Source of the DNA: a plasmid
Length of the DNA: 64,000 nucleotides
Direction: 5' to 3' (one strand)
Sequence record: NZ_CP123987.1
How positions within the stretch are numbered: the first letter of the stretch is position 1; each line of letters starts with the position of its first letter. The notes below the pieces were generated by a model. The model was not told the DNA's origin. It worked only from the letters and a program-made list of their open reading frames with translations, and ran no database searches. This document shows, one piece after another, positions 22,266 through 31,696 of this stretch. A program made the translations under genes and the position numbers.

Positions 22266-22895
22266 CTAAATAAACTTTATTCGGATTTGATATATATATT
22301 CGGAAATAGATCCAAATAAAGTTTCTGCATATTCGTCATATACATTATTATAAATGTCTTCACGACTATAAATATGAGAAGTCCTTCGTGAGAGCAATTC
22401 TAAAATATCATATTCACGACTAGTCAAAGGAATATCTTGACTATTAACGCATACCCTTCGTTCTTCCAAATAAAAAGTTATTTTCCCCATATCACGCTTA
22501 ACTTCTGCGAAATCCCGAACTGCTTGACGACTACGTTCTTCTCGTTTAATATTTGCATCAATTTTAGCTAATAACTGTTTCAAACTAAAAGGTTTGGTTA
22601 TATAATCATCACCACCAATTTTTAAACCATATAAAATATCTTCTTCATCATCTTTAGCACTTATAAAAATAATTGGCGTTGAAATCTTAGAACGAATCTG
22701 ATAACAAATTTCAGTTCCTGATATCTTTGACATCATAATATCTAATAAAATTAAATTAAAACCCTCAAAATCTGATAATTTTAACGGAACATGAACATTT
22801 TGGCAAGTTACAACCTCATAATTTTTCATTTCTAATGCTGTTTTCATAAGTTTTAAAATTTCTACATCATCATCTATAACTAAGATTCTATACAT
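22266..22895 (-). CDS. lanR: NisR-like OmpR-family response regulator, C-terminal wing apparently truncated
   Basis: Receiver 'VIDDD...LLDIMM' with conserved D/K; wHTH region ends at '...EYIYQIRIKFI*' with no following '...TVRGVGY' wing. Confidence 0.75.
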   Translation of the reverse strand: MYRILVIDDDVEILKLMKTALEMKNYEVVTCQNVHVPLKLSDFEGFNLILLDIMMSKISGTEICYQIRSKISTPIIFISAKDDEEDILYGLKIGGDDYITKPFSLKQLLAKIDANIKREERSRQAVRDFAEVKRDMGKITFYLEERRVCVNSQDIPLTSREYDILELLSRRTSHIYSREDIYNNVYDEYAETLFGSISEYIYQIRIKFI

Positions 22896-22931
22896 ACGTC
22901 CTCTTCCTTATAATAATTTTTATAACTACAG

Positions 22932-24152
22932 TTAAAAATCATCAAATAACATTAATGATTTCATCCATTGCGTTTTCCCTTTATTTGAAAAACACTCATT
23001 TAAAGTTAAAATAATACCCGTTGTTCCCTCAAGAAAGCCTAAATTTCGAATATCTTTGTCAAAAATACTTTCTATTTCATCAGTATAGTTATTTATAAAT
23101 GTATCAAATTTTCTCGTTTTTGTAAGTTTCCTAAATAAAATGCATATCGAAACTATCCCTGACTTGCCATGACAAATCATGTTGGAATCTACATTCCGCA
23201 TTTCCTTAGTAGCTCTATATAGTATTTCTATTGCTTTTTTTATAAGGTATGAATTATCTTGAATTAGTCCAATATATAAATATAAAACACTTATTCCTGG
23301 ACTACCGTAACACCATGCGTCTCTTATAAATAAATCATTATCTTTTAAAATTGTTCTATTATTAACCAATTCATTATAATCTATTCCATCTTTCCAATGA
23401 AATTTATTCTTATCAACTAATTCAAATTTTTCATAAATCTGAATAATCCTTTCTAATCCGTGTAATATTTCCTTTTTCATAAAGCCCTTTTTATACGCAT
23501 AAGCCAATACACTTCCTACACCAGCAAGTCCATGTGACATACCTGTATTTAGACAACCATTAGGATAAATTTCGTTTTCTGCCTCTGACATTTGGTTACC
23601 TGTTTTAATATACATCGCTATCAATGAATCATTATCATCTAATAAGGTTAATAAAAAAATAATAATTTTTGTCACTAATTTGATATCTATATTATCTATT
23701 AAAAGCAGATACATGAGAATTCCTGATAATCCTTCAATCACATCATAATTAGGTGGAGTAACATTTCCAATATTAAACTCTCCAATTTCTTTGTCTACAT
23801 AATAACTAATGTAATCATTTAGACTTGCAATTAAATTTTGAAATCTCAAATCTTTTTTGAGTGGTAATAAACTTAATGCAATCCCAGCTGCACCTGAATA
23901 TAGAGAACCTGTTAAAAGTCCATATTTTGATAACTTTCCATATAAATAGTCACAATACTAATCAATTTTGGACTTATATGTCCTATCTAAATCTTCCATC
24001 TCTAATAACAGTAAAATAACCCCTGGTAATCCCGAAGAAAGCGTGAATTCTTCGAAATTGTATCGATAAGCATTCTGTTCAATTCTCCTGTCCCATTCTA
24101 ATATCACTCTGCCAAATTTATTTTTTAAAATTTTTCTTTTTATTTCTTCCAT
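22932..24152 (-). pseudogene. lanC: LanC/NisC-like lanthionine cyclase interrupted by an in-frame TAG at 23958-23960
   Basis: ORF-track pieces 23958..24152 and 22932..23849 are in the same frame (24152-23849=303). The stretch between them translates to 'YCDYLYGKLSKYGLLTGSLYSGAAGIALSLL', continuous with NisC-like sequence. 'CHGKSG' Zn-ligand motif is present. 407 codons in total. Confidence 0.75.
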
Positions 24153-25938
24153 ATTTTTCTGCCCAATATAGTTCTTGATAGAAACTACAATCTTTTAAAA
24201 GTTCTTCATGAGTTCCAATACCTACTACTCTTCCTTTATTCATAACAATTATTTTTGATGCCTTACGAGCTACATTTAAATCATGTGAGATAAAAATAGA
24301 TATATTATCTTTGGATAGATTTACAAAATAATCAAATATTTCTTTTTCTGAAATTGGATCTAGCGCTGCACTTGGTTCATCTAATATATATACAGAAGCA
24401 TTTTTAAAAAAAGCTCTAGCCAAAGCTATTTTTTGCCACTGACCACCTGATAATTGCCTCCCATTTTGGAACCAAGTTCCTAATTGTAAATTTAAATTAT
24501 ATTCTCCATTCTCTTTTAAAAAATTTAACCTTAATTTATCCATAATATGTATAATCTTATTATCATCCCACTTCTCTGCAATATTACCAAGACCAATATT
24601 TTCCCTTAAAGTTAGCTCATATTTAACAAAATCTTGGAATAATATCGATATATTCTTTTGATAAAAATCTGTCGATATATGCTTATCTTCAATACCGTTA
24701 TAATATATATGACCTTTAGATGGTGTGTATAACTCTGAGATTAACTTTACTAGAGTACTTTTACCAGATCCATTTTCCCCTATTATCGCAATTAGTTCCC
24801 CTGTATGCATAGAAAAGTTTATTTTTTCTAAAGCATTGACAGAAGAGTTAGGATACTTATATTCAACATCTATTAGATCTATCCTTTTTATTCTGTTCTC
24901 ATCACCTATCCCTATGTTTTCACGATAATCACTTTGATTTTCTATTTTCAAAAAATTAAGTAATTGCTCCATAAACAAACTAGTATTATAAATAATATAA
25001 ATATTTTGTATGATTGTTTGTGAATAGCCATTTATCTTTGTAATTGCTTGCATAAGACTAACTAAATTTCCTATTAATATTCTTCCAGCTTGTACAGATA
25101 CTATAATAGTGCATATAACAAAAATATTGATAAAGTCTAATAAAATTTGAAGTCCCGAATTAAAATATGCTTTCTTTCTAGCAATAAGCAAATCTTGTAA
25201 TATAAAATCTTTTTTTAATTTCTTATACTCTTCCACAAAATAATCACTTAAATTATTTAATTTAATTTCCTTAAAAGAAAAGTCATGTGTCAATAAATAA
25301 ACTATATACCACGACTTTCTTTCTGCACTCGCTCTTTTCCATTGTATTAAAAATTCAAGTTGACCTACTTTTAAAAATATAATTAAAGATAACATAGGAG
25401 TTACTAATAACAGCAATCCTATCCATATGTTCCACGCCGCAACAAAAATCAAACTAGTCAGTAAAGATATAAAAGCAGCCAGCATAGTAATAACAGCATT
25501 AAAAAGTTGAAATGGTTTATACGTACTATCCTGTGTTATTTTCTCAATAAGATTATACATATCTGATTGTTCATAATCTGTCAACTTTAAGGAGGTTGTT
25601 TTTTTTATCAATTTTAAATTAATATTGTAAGAAAGCCACATATTAAATTTTCCGTTTATATAATTTTCTAATTGAGATAATATTACCGTAAATATTTGTA
25701 GTATTAAAAAATAAATAATATTATATACAAGCTGCATTCCTCGACTAAATATACTATTGATCAGATTTTGATAAACTATTAAATTTAATAGCGGAATTAA
25801 TGCCGTTACTATATTTAAGCACATTAAGTATGTTGCATATTTTCTTTCTAATTGAAAAATTAACTTAATCGTATCTGGAAGTGTTAATAATGTCTTAAAA
25901 AAATTTTTTGATGTTAGTTTTTTTATTTCATCCATCAT
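24118..25938 (-). CDS. lanT: NisT-like lantibiotic export ABC transporter (no C39 peptidase domain)
   Basis: 606 aa; six N-terminal TM segments then Walker A 'GENGSGKST', 'LSGGQWQK', 'ILDEP'. Start ATG overlaps the lanB stop (TAATG). Confidence 0.85.
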   Translation of the reverse strand: MMDEIKKLTSKNFFKTLLTLPDTIKLIFQLERKYATYLMCLNIVTALIPLLNLIVYQNLINSIFSRGMQLVYNIIYFLILQIFTVILSQLENYINGKFNMWLSYNINLKLIKKTTSLKLTDYEQSDMYNLIEKITQDSTYKPFQLFNAVITMLAAFISLLTSLIFVAAWNIWIGLLLLVTPMLSLIIFLKVGQLEFLIQWKRASAERKSWYIVYLLTHDFSFKEIKLNNLSDYFVEEYKKLKKDFILQDLLIARKKAYFNSGLQILLDFINIFVICTIIVSVQAGRILIGNLVSLMQAITKINGYSQTIIQNIYIIYNTSLFMEQLLNFLKIENQSDYRENIGIGDENRIKRIDLIDVEYKYPNSSVNALEKINFSMHTGELIAIIGENGSGKSTLVKLISELYTPSKGHIYYNGIEDKHISTDFYQKNISILFQDFVKYELTLRENIGLGNIAEKWDDNKIIHIMDKLRLNFLKENGEYNLNLQLGTWFQNGRQLSGGQWQKIALARAFFKNASVYILDEPSAALDPISEKEIFDYFVNLSKDNISIFISHDLNVARKASKIIVMNKGRVVGIGTHEELLKDCSFYQELYWAEKYGRNKKKNFKK

Positions 25939-28898
25939 TATTTCCCTTTCAAAATATATTTTTCAGACATAATCATTTTTTTTACAATAAAATACAGATT
26001 TTGTTCCCTAACCCTATTAATTCCAAATAACCTATTATTATGTACATGTATAATACTATCCATAATAGTGTCAGCATTTTTTTTATCAATTATTAATTTT
26101 AGTTTTTTAATCTCTTCCTTAAGTCTATTAAAGTTGTATTTGTCAATCTCATATATGTCAGTTAACTGATTAAATACTACACTTTTATAGTATTGTATTT
26201 TAGACCTTACATTTTTATCTACCTTATTGGGACAGACTTTATCTAGAAAACATAAAATGTCTTCATTTGTTTTATAAAATATTTTTAAATAAAAATAAAT
26301 CATTGCAACTGCAATATCATCAAGTTTATCTTCCATGTTCTTTTCTTTTATAAATTTCAAATACTTTATTACAAGTTTAGAATCTTCACAGAAAATATTT
26401 TCAGCTATATCTATTGCATTAACTCCTCCATATCTCTCAATTTCGCGATCATATGTAGAAATATCAAAAGTCGATAAAATACCATTTCTATGACCTTGCT
26501 CCAAATCTTTTTTAATAACTTCATATATTTTATATAAATTATTACCACTTATCCTTATCCTTATTTGTGGTACTGGATCCATATAACGTAAGAAAAATAG
26601 TTTTCCGTCTAATTTTTCTACCTTTTTTTGAATCAGAGGTATGTAAACTCGTATAAACTCTTCTTGTCTCCTAGTCGACATATACACTTTTAGATATAAC
26701 CAATCATTGAATGGCAATTTCTCTCGAACATGTTTGGAGATTCTCTGTTGTTTTTCCTTGTTTACTTTTTTAACATCGAATTTACTATTAATAACTGGAA
26801 CCACTATCTCTGATATTTTTCCTTCACTATCTTTATATATCATGTCTTTATTATTAAAATATTCTTGTATAATGGCATGACCATTCTTTTCTATATTTCT
26901 TTTTATTTCTGACATAAACAGTTCAACATCAAGTGAATTTTTACGATTAATATATAGTTTGTTATCACCGTCAACAATATAAATTTCATTCGGTATATTT
27001 CTCTGCTTTATAATCGACTCTATTGCTATATTACTTAATTCAAATTTAAATATTCTCCATGTCTTAGGACTGACTACTATATCCTCAAACATAATTCGTG
27101 GAATAAAATTCATATCTTTATAGATTAAATCCCATGGTACATATCCAAAATTATTATTTATTGAAATTTCACATAAAAATCTTAGTTCATTACTAAATAA
27201 TGTCTTGTTATACATGCTTGTTACATAAAACTTCATTTTTTCTTGAGTAGACACATCATACGCATAAAAATTTTCATTTTCATCTAATCCAATATAAATA
27301 TTAGTTAGCCTTACTTCAGATTGATCAGTACTTGAGAAAATAGGAAGAACTTTTTCTCTTACAAAAGATGTTCGCATTATATTAGCGTGTCGTATATTTT
27401 CAGGAAGAAAAACTATTTCACAAGACGTCACCCCTTCTTCAATATTTGCAGCTTTCACTTGTTTAAGTGTCTTCATGTGATAATCCCTTAATTTATCTGA
27501 TAATAATGAGAACCTTCCAGAGGATCCCCCTATATTATTACTGCCTATAATATTGCTTAATGCTAAAGTTTTCTTCTTATTAATTTGGACCATATGAAAA
27601 AATAATTCTATTCCTTGTATTGAGGTACTTTCTTTGGAATTCAGATTTCTATAATAATTAGAAAAGCATTTCAAATTAATTTCCTCTCTATTTAATAAAG
27701 CTTCTATATATTTATTAATATACATTTCTTTTTCATCATGGGAATAATATGACGTTGGAGGCTCTAATTCAAAAACTTCATTCTGAGGATGCGTATAATC
27801 ATACGGTGCGCCAATTCCTTTTATTGGATCAAATAGTTCTATTAACTGCACATCTTGATCAATACCATATTTTTCAATGAATTTATCTTTATAGTCATCA
27901 AAATAAGTCCTAGTTACTGATTTAACAGTATTAGTTATAAAATTTGAAAATTTCTCTATTCTTTGTTTATTACTATTATCAATATATATATTCCCATCAT
28001 TATATAAATCTACTTGAATATAATTATCACTTTTATTAAGTCTAGCCATTTGGTGATATATTTCAATTAATTTATCAGAACCCGAACCTATTTCAATATG
28101 TGTATATTCTTCAATTAACTCTTGTATCTTTGTTAATATTTCTACATATTTTTTACTAACATCTATTTCCCTAACTTTCATTATGAAGTCTGACATAGAA
28201 AAATTAATTAGTATATTTTCTTGTAAATTTGATATTAGATAATGATTCTCTACTAAATCATTAATATATTCTTTTGTTAAATTTAAGTATTCATTACCAT
28301 ATATTGTTATAACCTTTTCTATGATTTCACTATATGTCTTATAAGTTTGGCTACACTCTTCTGATATAATTCGATAAACTTTAGAGTTATTAATACTAAC
28401 TTCCTCTAAATCTTGATCATTTATTGAATATAATTGCATAACACGATTTCCACTAATGTAATTTCCATTATTAGATATGAAAGATAAGTTTGATTGATAG
28501 TCCTTTTCTAATTTAAAAATTACATCTGTTAACCATTTAATATCTATAAAAACTACTTTGTGTGTTTTCCCTAATTCTTTCTTATCACCCTTAACGGTAA
28601 ATTTACCATTAGAAGTTTCACTAAATAGTCCAAAAGGAGTTGCTCGATAATAGCTCCTTTTATAATATTTATATATTGATTCAAAAAAATTTTTTTCTTT
28701 CTTTTTCTTTAGTTTTCCTGCATTATACTTTTTAAGCATTCCATACAGCTTAGGATTAGCCAATAATATTTGTTCAAGAAAAATATTATCATTTTTAATA
28801 ATTTCAATAAATTCCTTATAATTATTGAAATTTTGACTTTTTTCATATGTTTGAATTGTATTACGTATCATTACATCACTAACATTGAAATTATTCAT
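25938..28898 (-). CDS. lanB: LanB-type lantibiotic dehydratase (NisB-like)
   Basis: 986 aa; N-terminal 'FLEQILLANPKLY...KYNAGKLKKKKEK..FESIYKYYKRSYYRATPFGLFSETS' closely parallels the NisB N-terminus (R.TPFG motif); size matches NisB at about 993 aa. Confidence 0.9.
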   Translation of the reverse strand: MNNFNVSDVMIRNTIQTYEKSQNFNNYKEFIEIIKNDNIFLEQILLANPKLYGMLKKYNAGKLKKKKEKNFFESIYKYYKRSYYRATPFGLFSETSNGKFTVKGDKKELGKTHKVVFIDIKWLTDVIFKLEKDYQSNLSFISNNGNYISGNRVMQLYSINDQDLEEVSINNSKVYRIISEECSQTYKTYSEIIEKVITIYGNEYLNLTKEYINDLVENHYLISNLQENILINFSMSDFIMKVREIDVSKKYVEILTKIQELIEEYTHIEIGSGSDKLIEIYHQMARLNKSDNYIQVDLYNDGNIYIDNSNKQRIEKFSNFITNTVKSVTRTYFDDYKDKFIEKYGIDQDVQLIELFDPIKGIGAPYDYTHPQNEVFELEPPTSYYSHDEKEMYINKYIEALLNREEINLKCFSNYYRNLNSKESTSIQGIELFFHMVQINKKKTLALSNIIGSNNIGGSSGRFSLLSDKLRDYHMKTLKQVKAANIEEGVTSCEIVFLPENIRHANIMRTSFVREKVLPIFSSTDQSEVRLTNIYIGLDENENFYAYDVSTQEKMKFYVTSMYNKTLFSNELRFLCEISINNNFGYVPWDLIYKDMNFIPRIMFEDIVVSPKTWRIFKFELSNIAIESIIKQRNIPNEIYIVDGDNKLYINRKNSLDVELFMSEIKRNIEKNGHAIIQEYFNNKDMIYKDSEGKISEIVVPVINSKFDVKKVNKEKQQRISKHVREKLPFNDWLYLKVYMSTRRQEEFIRVYIPLIQKKVEKLDGKLFFLRYMDPVPQIRIRISGNNLYKIYEVIKKDLEQGHRNGILSTFDISTYDREIERYGGVNAIDIAENIFCEDSKLVIKYLKFIKEKNMEDKLDDIAVAMIYFYLKIFYKTNEDILCFLDKVCPNKVDKNVRSKIQYYKSVVFNQLTDIYEIDKYNFNRLKEEIKKLKLIIDKKNADTIMDSIIHVHNNRLFGINRVREQNLYFIVKKMIMSEKYILKGK

Positions 28899-28977
28899 TT
28901 TTTCAAGCCCCTTTCACCTATTAAAAAAATGGGATAGCAAATCATCAAATTGATCTACGCTATCCCTTACTTTCTTA

Positions 28978-29157
28978 CTATTTACTTATATGTACATGAC
29001 AACCACATGATGCAGTTTTCATTGTACATCCCATTAGTGCACCTGTTTTGCAACCTGGGGTACAAAGTGAGTAGCTTGTAATTTTAACTGAATAATTTGA
29101 ATTTGTACTTTCCTTTGATACTTTTACTAAATCCAATTTAAAATCATTAACACTCAT
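28978..29157 (-). CDS. lanA: nisin-like lantibiotic precursor, 59 aa: MSVNDFKLDLVKVSKESTNSNYSVK-ITSYSLCTPGCKTGALMGCTMKTASCGCHVHISK
   Basis: Hand-translated; absent from the ORF track. AGGAGG RBS 10 nt upstream. 'F(N/K)LDL' leader box. 34-aa core differs from my recollection of nisin A at 7 positions, with all ring-forming Ser/Thr/Cys conserved. Lies immediately upstream of lanB. Confidence 0.85.
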   Translation of the reverse strand: MSVNDFKLDLVKVSKESTNSNYSVKITSYSLCTPGCKTGALMGCTMKTASCGCHVHISK

Positions 29158-29184
29158 TTAGAAAACCTCCTAATAACCCTTTAA

Positions 29185-29245
29185 TTGTTTGTTCTAGAAC
29201 GTCACTATAATATGTTATTATTTTCAGATTTTGTTCAGAATACAT
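29185..29245 (-). promoter_or_regulatory. putative lanA promoter with a NisR-type TCT-N8-TCT direct repeat
   Basis: Minus-strand 'TCTGAACAAAATCTGA' (forward 29224-29239) sits about 13 nt upstream of a TATTAT/TATAGT -10-like box, echoing the TCT-N8-TCT operator of nisA/nisF promoters. Confidence 0.4.
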
Positions 29246-29382
29246 ATTATTTAAACTGATAATTTTAAAACCATGGAAAAATCTTTAAAATAAAAAATGC
29301 CAAAGATTAACATTTCAGCAATGTAACCTTCAGCATTTTCTTAACTTAAACTATTTTTAATTAGATTCAATTCTAATATTTT

Positions 29383-30489
29383 CTAACCTAAAAATTCAAA
29401 AACATCTTTGCGGTCATATAACTTAAATACTTTTTCAAATAAGAATTGACCGACAAGTGACGCAATAACTGGAATAACTAACCATGCTAGCAATGCTGCG
29501 ACAACGCCTAAGCCTTTTTCAATTGATGCTAATGGTCCTACTAAACCTACTAAACCAAAACCACCGGAAGCAGGAGAACCTGAAATTGACATCAAAGCTA
29601 CAGGAACTGCAGAAATTATTGCTGTAAAGAAACATGGTACTAAGATAATTGGACGTCTAAATAAGTTAGGCATCATCATCTTCATCGCACCTAAGGCAAT
29701 CGCAATTGTTACCCCTGGCTTGTTAACTTTCCATGAGTTTACTACAAGTACAAGTGTTGTTGCAGCAACTCCCATTGCAGCAGCACCAGCAGCCAAGCCG
29801 TTAACTTGGATAGCCATTGCAATCGCTACTGTTGAAATTGGAGAGATAATTAACACTGCAAAAGAGCAGGCAATTAAAATACACATTAAAACTGGTTGTA
29901 ATTCTGTAAATGTGTTAATCACATTACCAATTGCGGAAGTTATCGCTGTAACATATGGATACATATAGAATCCAATTAAGCCAGCACCTGTTCCTACTAC
30001 AATTGGTGTTAAAACAATTGCTACTGATCCAAATTTATCGCCTATCAACAGAATTAATCCAACTGCAATCGATGCTGTTAACATGGTATTAATAATATCC
30101 CCTGTTCCAGCACCTACATAGGCACCTGTTTTATTCAACGCTGGGAAGTATTTAATTACGCCAGAACCTACAAATGCGGCTCCACCAACTACGGTCATCT
30201 TCATGCCATCAAAGCCAAACTTTTGAGCAATCAATGTACCAATAATTAAAGGTGTTCCTAATTGGAAAATAATTGCTGCTTGTCCTAAATGTACGGCAAA
30301 AGGATTAGTGCCGAACATCTTGAGGATAGCGGCAAGAACAGCATTAGGAATTAAACCAACTATAATCCCGATGGCAGTACCGCCTAAAACACGATCAATG
30401 AAAACTTTGGGTGTAATCTTTGTTGTTTCCAAATTCGTCACCTTCTTTATATAAAATATACACATTATTATAAGTGAGATTGTGAGCAA
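29383..30489 (-). CDS. polytopic membrane protein, putative PTS EIIC-like sugar permease family
   Basis: 368 aa, Gly/Ala-rich with many TM helices; resembles Lactobacillus proteins annotated PTS EIIC (family assignment from memory). Confidence 0.4.
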   Translation of the reverse strand: MLTISLIIMCIFYIKKVTNLETTKITPKVFIDRVLGGTAIGIIVGLIPNAVLAAILKMFGTNPFAVHLGQAAIIFQLGTPLIIGTLIAQKFGFDGMKMTVVGGAAFVGSGVIKYFPALNKTGAYVGAGTGDIINTMLTASIAVGLILLIGDKFGSVAIVLTPIVVGTGAGLIGFYMYPYVTAITSAIGNVINTFTELQPVLMCILIACSFAVLIISPISTVAIAMAIQVNGLAAGAAAMGVAATTLVLVVNSWKVNKPGVTIAIALGAMKMMMPNLFRRPIILVPCFFTAIISAVPVALMSISGSPASGGFGLVGLVGPLASIEKGLGVVAALLAWLVIPVIASLVGQFLFEKVFKLYDRKDVFEFLG

Positions 30490-30638
30490 TGTAAATATAT
30501 TTTTCTTTAGTTTCTTTCTTTTATTAGAAAAAAACGTAAAAAATTAATTAAATTTAACACTTATATTTAAGTATTCTGTTATAATGATGATATAATATAT
30601 ATTGTAAAGGTTATCATTTATATGAGGAGGAATTTTTA

Positions 30639-31634
30639 ATGGTTTCAATCAAAATGTTTGGTGTTCGTGATGAAGAACGTCCAATGGCTGAAAACTGGGC
30701 AAAGGAACACAACGTTAAAATTGATATGACTAGTGACATCCTTACATCTGATACTATCGATGAAGTTAAGGGTTTTGACGGTCTAACTTTAATGCAAGTA
30801 GCAGAAGTTACAGATGACTTATATCCTAAATTGAAAGAATTTGGTATCAAACAAATCGCACAACGTAGTGCTGGTTATGATATGTACAATTTAGATGCTG
30901 CTAAAGAAAATGGCATTATTATTACTAATGTGCCTAGCTACTCCCCAGAATCAATTGCTGAATATACTGTAACTACAGCATTGAACTTAGTACGTAAATT
31001 CCCACTAATTGAAAAACGTGTTAAGGAACATAATTTCTCATGGGAACCTGAAATCAGAGGTCGTGTTATCGGTGACATGACAGTTGCTGTTATCGGAACT
31101 GGCCGTATTGGTTACCATGTAGCTAAAATCTTCCATGGTTTTGGTGCTAAAGTTGTCGGATATGATCTATATCCTAGTGACAAATTAGACGGTATCTTGG
31201 AATATCGTGATTCTGTAGAAGATGCAATCCGCGATGCAGACATTATTTCTTTACATATGCCTGCTTTCAAGGAAAACCACCACATGTTTAACTACGAAAT
31301 GTTCAAGAAATTCAAATCTGACGCTGTATTAGTTAACATGGCTCGTGGTGCTTTAATTGATACAGAAGATTTATTGAAAGCTTTAGATGATGGCCTTTTG
31401 GCTGGAGCTGGTCTTGACGTTTACGAACACGAAGGTCCATTAGTTCCTATTGACCTAACTGGAAAAGATATTGAAGACGAAACATTCAAGAAAGTACTTG
31501 AATCTGATAAGATTATCTACTCACCACACGTAGCATACTACACTGATGAAGCTGTTAGAAACTTAGTTGAAGGTGGCTTAAATGCTACTTTGGAAGTATT
31601 GGAAACTGGCGATGCTTCAACACGTGTAAACTAA
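30639..31634 (+). CDS. ldhD: D-lactate dehydrogenase / D-isomer-specific 2-hydroxyacid dehydrogenase
   Basis: 331 aa; NAD fold 'VAVIGTGRIGYHVAKIF'; catalytic 'MARGALID' and 'SPHVAY'; GAGGAGG RBS. Confidence 0.85.
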   Translation: MVSIKMFGVRDEERPMAENWAKEHNVKIDMTSDILTSDTIDEVKGFDGLTLMQVAEVTDDLYPKLKEFGIKQIAQRSAGYDMYNLDAAKENGIIITNVPSYSPESIAEYTVTTALNLVRKFPLIEKRVKEHNFSWEPEIRGRVIGDMTVAVIGTGRIGYHVAKIFHGFGAKVVGYDLYPSDKLDGILEYRDSVEDAIRDADIISLHMPAFKENHHMFNYEMFKKFKSDAVLVNMARGALIDTEDLLKALDDGLLAGAGLDVYEHEGPLVPIDLTGKDIEDETFKKVLESDKIIYSPHVAYYTDEAVRNLVEGGLNATLEVLETGDASTRVN

Positions 31635-31696
31635 TTAGTTTAATCCTAATAAAAGCCTCTGAGAATCCATCTCAGAGGTTTTTTGTTATATACTTA

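Noticed and set aside
23958-24152. The 64-aa ORF as an independent small gene
   Set aside because: It is in the same frame as the 305-aa ORF and continuous with NisC-like sequence; it is the N-terminus of lanC, cut by TAG.
24118-25938. The 606-aa ABC transporter as the GG-leader (C39) bacteriocin exporter
   Set aside because: It is too short for an N-terminal C39 peptidase domain; the TM domain starts within about 30 aa. The size and overlap with lanB fit NisT.
25938-28898. The 986-aa protein as a class II LanM synthetase
   Set aside because: The N-terminus carries the LanB hallmark (..YKRSYYRATPFGLFSETS..) and parallels NisB. There is no C-terminal LanC-like GG/CHG zinc motif. A separate LanC-like gene follows the transporter. 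The gene is therefore called LanB (class I).
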